From a virus: DNA of 64,000 nucleotides. Each line of letters starts with the position of its first letter. Position 1 is the first letter of the stretch. The position numbers were made by a program, and so were the translations under genes. Positions 59,321 through 64,000 of this stretch are shown here, in pieces. The notes beneath the pieces are model-generated. The model did no database searches. It was not told where the DNA came from and was given only the letters and a program-made list of their open reading frames with translations. The stretch lies in IMG/VR virus record IMGVR_UViG_3300042305_001483. One strand, written 5' to 3'.

Positions 59321-61645
59321 TTAACCTCCAGACCCGGTTCTTATAGGATTTCCCTGACCATCTGTTACAATTCCACCAGAGCCTGTTCCTAAAAGTTGTC
59401 CTTGCAACTGACCTAAAAAGCATTCATAAAAACCTTTTTTCTTTGCTTTAATATCAGCAGTATTATTTCCAACAGCCTTGCAAGCGGCTTCAAAATAACC
59501 AGGATTAGTTTGATCTAATTTAACTCTGTCTAGTAGATATATAACTGCGGATTCCGCTGCAAGATCTGGTCTGTTTAATAGTTTAGGATTTTTAACTAAA
59601 TCCCATTTCATTAATTTTCCATATTTTTCATAGTTGGCTCGACCGGTTATTTGTATATAGCCTCGGCCAATAAATTTTGTTCCGTCACCAGGTTCTTTAT
59701 TTCCTAATTCTCTACCTTTTGCGCCTTGATACCCATATAAAAATTCAGGTAAACTATTATTAGGATTTCCTGCATACTTTTCTGCAAGGCTTCGATCTCC
59801 TTTAAATATACTAGGAAACACTTGTAACAATCGATTAGCAGTATAATTAAAATTTTCTTCTTTTACTTCCCATAATGTTTCTCCTCCGCAAATCCCCAAT
59901 AACGAAGCGACTGCATAAGGACTTTTTAACCCATATTTTTCTGCGGCAGTTTTTAAAGCATCTATCCCAAACCCAGATGTTCCTTTGTTAATTGCTCTAG
60001 CATATTCAATTGTACAAGTTCCCGGAACAACTACTGGAGGGTTTGTTGGTTCAACTGGCGGTGTATTTTGACTTACTTGTCCCGATGCTCGAGCAGCAGC
60101 AGAAGCAGGATTTGGAGGGATTCCGTCGGCTGTTCTATCTGCCAATGTTACATCTGTTTTGGGCGGTTCTACTTTTGGAGGATTAATGTTTTCGTGTTGA
60201 TCCCACGGTTCGTGTGTTGGAACCCTCTGCATAATACTTTTAATATCTGGTGCTTTATAAAATTCTCCGTTTGACCAACCAGAGTTTGCTTTTCTATTAG
60301 GTAAAGTGAATAAAGGCAAATCTGGAGGAATTGCTGCATTTTCTGCACTGCTAGGTGCGGCAGCAGCAGGGCCATTCAAATGAATTACTGACCCGCTTGC
60401 TATAATTTGTCCGTTGGCGCCTAAATTTAGTGTTGCAGCAGTTCCTATGTTGATATTTGATTCTGCTCCTATATTAAAACTTGCGCCCGCTGTTTCTTTA
60501 ATATCACCGGCGACATTTAAATTAAACGAATTAGCAACCGAAACTTTAGCCACTCCCCCAATCGTTTTATCATAAGTTTTCGTAACAGAAATTTTGGCAT
60601 CTTTATCAACATTTAAAAAATAATGGCCGACAATATTTGTTTCCATGTTTCCATCGGCCCTAATGTGTATGTTGCGACCTGCTTCTAAATTTATATCTCT
60701 ATCTGCTCTAAAATTAAAATCATTTTCAGTATGAATACTAACACTATCCTGAGCAAAAATATCAATCTTACCGTTACTAGTTAATTCAATCCATGCTGTA
60801 CCTTTACTGTTAGCAATGTAGATTAAATCTTGACTATTATGCATTAATATTTGATGCCCGGTGCGTGTTCTTAATCTTACTAATTCATTTTGACCATTAA
60901 CATCCCCGTCATCCATTACAAAAGTTGTACCACCCAATCTGCTTACAGGTATCCTTGCTTTAGATTGATATCCAATTTCTCCACGTTTTGCACCGGGGCT
61001 ATCATCAATGGGCCCTGGTGTAGATATTCCGAATACTCCGCTAGGTATTTCTCTTCTTGCAGAACTAGACGTAACACCTCTTGTAGTATCTAGTAATAAA
61101 CCTTGTTGCAATAGCCTATCAGCAAAAGGATGAACAGGTTTGGTAAATTTGTCAACACTTAAAGAAAACTTTCGAGAAGATTTATGAAATTCAGCAACTG
61201 GTAACAAATCTGTACCGTATTTTCTTCGTTGCTCGTCCGTAATAGCAGATTGTTTTGATGCTGCAATTCCAGGAATCATGTGATTTTGAAACATGTCAGA
61301 AACACAACCAAACCAATATCCCTGATTAGGATCCCCGTCAATAAACACAACCATAACTGTTGATCCAATGTCCGGAGGTACTGCCCACCATCCGTAACTT
61401 TTTTGAACATCGTTAAAATCAGAACTGTTAGTGCCTTCGTATTTTATGCTTGTATTTCCTGCAAATGGACTTAAATATCTAACAATATATGTTTCTGCTT
61501 GAAGATCAAAATCTGGTGCTACACCTTTAAATAGTGCAACTTCTAAACTTCCCATATAAGTGGGATCTAGGTGATTTCTAACCTCTGCTAAAAAAGGGCC
61601 GGGCGACCCTAATTTTGCCGAGCGTCTTTTTTCAAAATTTGCCAT
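59321..61645 (-). CDS. gp5: Baseplate hub/tail spike (gp5-like) with C-terminal GH19 lysozyme domain
   Basis: OB-fold PPDIGSTVMVVF, RTRTGHQI, beta-helix repeats, IHLNGP; GET..EENFNY..GDG.KFIGRGYIQITGRANY. Confidence 0.85.
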   Translation of the reverse strand: MANFEKRRSAKLGSPGPFLAEVRNHLDPTYMGSLEVALFKGVAPDFDLQAETYIVRYLSPFAGNTSIKYEGTNSSDFNDVQKSYGWWAVPPDIGSTVMVVFIDGDPNQGYWFGCVSDMFQNHMIPGIAASKQSAITDEQRRKYGTDLLPVAEFHKSSRKFSLSVDKFTKPVHPFADRLLQQGLLLDTTRGVTSSSARREIPSGVFGISTPGPIDDSPGAKRGEIGYQSKARIPVSRLGGTTFVMDDGDVNGQNELVRLRTRTGHQILMHNSQDLIYIANSKGTAWIELTSNGKIDIFAQDSVSIHTENDFNFRADRDINLEAGRNIHIRADGNMETNIVGHYFLNVDKDAKISVTKTYDKTIGGVAKVSVANSFNLNVAGDIKETAGASFNIGAESNINIGTAATLNLGANGQIIASGSVIHLNGPAAAAPSSAENAAIPPDLPLFTLPNRKANSGWSNGEFYKAPDIKSIMQRVPTHEPWDQHENINPPKVEPPKTDVTLADRTADGIPPNPASAAARASGQVSQNTPPVEPTNPPVVVPGTCTIEYARAINKGTSGFGIDALKTAAEKYGLKSPYAVASLLGICGGETLWEVKEENFNYTANRLLQVFPSIFKGDRSLAEKYAGNPNNSLPEFLYGYQGAKGRELGNKEPGDGTKFIGRGYIQITGRANYEKYGKLMKWDLVKNPKLLNRPDLAAESAVIYLLDRVKLDQTNPGYFEAACKAVGNNTADIKAKKKGFYECFLGQLQGQLLGTGSGGIVTDGQGNPIRTGSGG

Positions 61646-61657
61646 ATTATTCTTCCA

Positions 61658-64000
61658 TTATTCTAACGGTGGTAGTCCTAATCTTTTTCTAATTATTGGA
61701 TCATCACCTGTATAAGGAGGCGCATTGGGATCATTTAATTTATTAAACAGTCGATCAAGTGGACTTGGAGAAGATGCATTACTTCCAAATTTAGACCCAA
61801 CTGATCCTAATATACTTTTATCTTTTACAGATTTACTTCCTATTTGATTCGAAATTAATTTTGACGAAGTTTCATACTTATCTTTAATAATAGTACTATC
61901 AATTCTATTTTCAGTCGAAATTAAATTTTTATAAGGATTAATTTCAAAATTTTGAGGGTTATTTGAAACTTGACTTAATAAATCTTCTGGTACAATATTC
62001 GTTGACAAATTTTTAAAACTTCTAGACCCATATAAGTCTGCAAGACCTTGCACTCCTTTTTTAGAAACTACAGATCTTGCATAACTTTTGTCAATCTCAG
62101 ATAAAGGATTAGGTGCAACAGAATATGGCGCAGTAGGAGGAATATTTGGAATCTTGCTCGACGGCAATATATCAAACGCTAAACCTGTATCCACGGCTTG
62201 TTCTAAATTAACATCAGAGGGAATAGATTTTGATAGGTCTTTTATTTGCCCTAAAACTTTACTTTGTAATTTAGGATCAATACCAGATAAAGAAGAAGGA
62301 TTAATTCCTACGCCGGCAGCAACTGCTTCTGGATCTGCAGGACCTCCGGCAAAAGATTTAATTTTATCTCCAACTTTTCCAACAAACTTTCCAACATCAT
62401 TTGCCATTCCAGAAACTGCATTTAAGGTATCTTTACCTAACTTCTTAAAAGGCTCTACTGTACCTGAAAATTGATTTTCAGGCAAACTAGTATCAGCAGG
62501 GTTTGTTATAGAAACAGTTGCCCCCTCACCAATTCCAGAACCGACATTAGATTGATTTTTAATAGATTTTAATGCAGAATTAATAACTCCTGTTGCTAAT
62601 AACCCTATAGCTCTTTCTTTAGGCAAATTTCCAGTAAGAACATTTGTAGCAATTGCCAATGCTGCTGCAGAATCTATATCTCCCTTGGCTCGATCAAATA
62701 AACCACCAGGATTAATAGAAGGTTGAGGAATTCTTGAAACTGCTGGTACTATATCTTTAGCCTGTCTAGAATTAATATAAAGTCCTGTAACACTGTTTTG
62801 CATTCTTGATCCTTGAAAGATTGCAGATGAAGGAATGTTATTTGACATTAATCTAATGTTTGATGAGACATCAACTGGCAAAGGTTGTCCAATAACAGAT
62901 GATCCTGCAAATAATCCGCTAGGTCTGCCTGCCAGTCCATAGGATCTAGTTAAATTAGTAACAGGAGTACCACCAAGACCACCGCTGGGAGGTGGAGGGG
63001 GTGGAGGAGGTGCCTCTTCTTGAATTTGATCTGCGGCAGTTGTAGCAGAAGATCCTTGGCTAAGTTGTTCTGCTATCGTTGCAGAACTAGGTCTAAAACT
63101 AGCACCCCTAGCAGTTGAAGAATCAGCCCTAACTTGATCAACAGGATCACTTGTTTGAACTAACAGCGTTTTTGGATCAGTAGGTTTTACACTATAATCT
63201 AATATTTGACCAGGTACTCTAATAACACTTAAAGTTTGTTTAAACACACCTTCTCTAAAAGTACTTAAAATTTCAGTAACTTGATATGATCCACTAAAAG
63301 GTACTCTATTTTTATCAAAAAACATAGTACCTCCGTTTTCTAAAGGTAAAATATCAATTGGATTTCTAAAATTAATTGTTATTAAAAGTTGTCCGTAAAG
63401 ATGATTCGCTTCGCCATTTTTATTTAGACCTCTTTTTTCTGGTTCCAAATTTATATTGCCTATACCGCCGGTTATTAAAAATAATGGATCGCCTAAAATT
63501 TCTAATTTTCCATCAACAAGACTTGCTTTAGAATTAACTACAGCCTCATGCATATGTCTCGCCATAACAGAATATGGATCGTCTAATGGCTGACTTGCAT
63601 TACCTCCATATGCTTGAACTGGAGTAATTGCTATCTTTTTAGGTGGAAGAGGAACTTGCGATTGTTTTTGATCTCCAACAGTCGGTGATTCTGCTCCAAT
63701 TTTTTTACCACCATCACTAGTAGATCCAAGTTGAGAACTAGGCCTTTTATCATTAGCCATAGCAGCAGGTAATGCTTCAAAAAACAATGTATTAAAATTT
63801 AATCTAAAATTTATAACATCATAGTTTTGACCAGTATATATGTAATTATATTCTCTTAAACTTAATTTTTTAAGTTCAGATTCATTAATAATTGCATCTG
63901 AATAATTTGGTATTTCTGTATAATGAATCTTATATGGTGAAACAACATATGTAATATTTTGTGCTGGTTTTTTTGTTACTTTATTAATTCCGTTTTTTAA
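61658..64000 (-). CDS. Baseplate hub protein (gp27-like), 5'-partial, with low-complexity C-terminal extension
   Basis: Frame stays open to the window edge (REYNYIYTGQNYDV); LEILGDP, FSGSYQV..F..GVFKQTL; directly upstream of gp5. Confidence 0.65.
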   Translation of the reverse strand, partial: LKNGINKVTKKPAQNITYVVSPYKIHYTEIPNYSDAIINESELKKLSLREYNYIYTGQNYDVINFRLNFNTLFFEALPAAMANDKRPSSQLGSTSDGGKKIGAESPTVGDQKQSQVPLPPKKIAITPVQAYGGNASQPLDDPYSVMARHMHEAVVNSKASLVDGKLEILGDPLFLITGGIGNINLEPEKRGLNKNGEANHLYGQLLITINFRNPIDILPLENGGTMFFDKNRVPFSGSYQVTEILSTFREGVFKQTLSVIRVPGQILDYSVKPTDPKTLLVQTSDPVDQVRADSSTARGASFRPSSATIAEQLSQGSSATTAADQIQEEAPPPPPPPPSGGLGGTPVTNLTRSYGLAGRPSGLFAGSSVIGQPLPVDVSSNIRLMSNNIPSSAIFQGSRMQNSVTGLYINSRQAKDIVPAVSRIPQPSINPGGLFDRAKGDIDSAAALAIATNVLTGNLPKERAIGLLATGVINSALKSIKNQSNVGSGIGEGATVSITNPADTSLPENQFSGTVEPFKKLGKDTLNAVSGMANDVGKFVGKVGDKIKSFAGGPADPEAVAAGVGINPSSLSGIDPKLQSKVLGQIKDLSKSIPSDVNLEQAVDTGLAFDILPSSKIPNIPPTAPYSVAPNPLSEIDKSYARSVVSKKGVQGLADLYGSRSFKNLSTNIVPEDLLSQVSNNPQNFEINPYKNLISTENRIDSTIIKDKYETSSKLISNQIGSKSVKDKSILGSVGSKFGSNASSPSPLDRLFNKLNDPNAPPYTGDDPIIRKRLGLPPLE

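Noticed and set aside
37049-62474. Short + strand ORFs opposite the tail and baseplate genes
   Set aside because: Antisense shadows of long, well-supported minus-strand genes, with no recognisable motifs
1-64000. Alternative genetic code (stop-codon reassignment seen in some large phages)
   Set aside because: Standard-code ORFs tile the window densely, including a 13.7 kb ORF; TAA, TGA and TAG all end genes

Overview
This is a 64 kb segment of an AT-rich, T4-like (myovirus) large or jumbo phage genome. It uses the standard genetic code and is densely coding; I found no tRNA, rRNA, CRISPR array, intein or transposase. The + strand carries two tail-fibre-like genes (0.3-6 kb), a late cluster of probable capsid-internal proteins plus Dps (6-14.4 kb), and a replication/nucleotide block (14.4-36.2 kb). 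That block holds a DsbA-like protein, family B DNA polymerase, a probable sliding clamp, a 7-deazaguanine cluster (DpdA-like, DpdL/QueD-like, QueE, glycosyltransferase, GuaC), RNase H, a MoxR ATPase/VWA pair, DHFR and ThyA. The - strand (36.2-64 kb) carries fibre genes, a 4573 aa gp7-like wedge protein, gp6, gp25, gp5 with a GH19 domain and a partial hub protein. Main leads: (1) a modular polyprotein (11214-13163) whose modules are joined by a repeat conserved at DNA level, AAGGTGTRGCGGAAGG (GVAE), which looks like both a prohead-protease cut site and a cassette junction; (2) a dnaX-style -1 frameshift signal at its stop codon that would add a hidden 73 aa module; (3) a neighbouring 1085 aa protein fusing three unrelated nucleotidyltransferase folds behind a capsid-targeting-like leader; (4) a DpdA+DpdL+QueE+glycosyltransferase cluster pointing to a possibly glycosylated 7-deazaguanine; (5) late-promoter hairpins that hide start sites, and a tandem hairpin operator ahead of the polymerase. 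All family calls come from motif recognition by eye; no searches were run.
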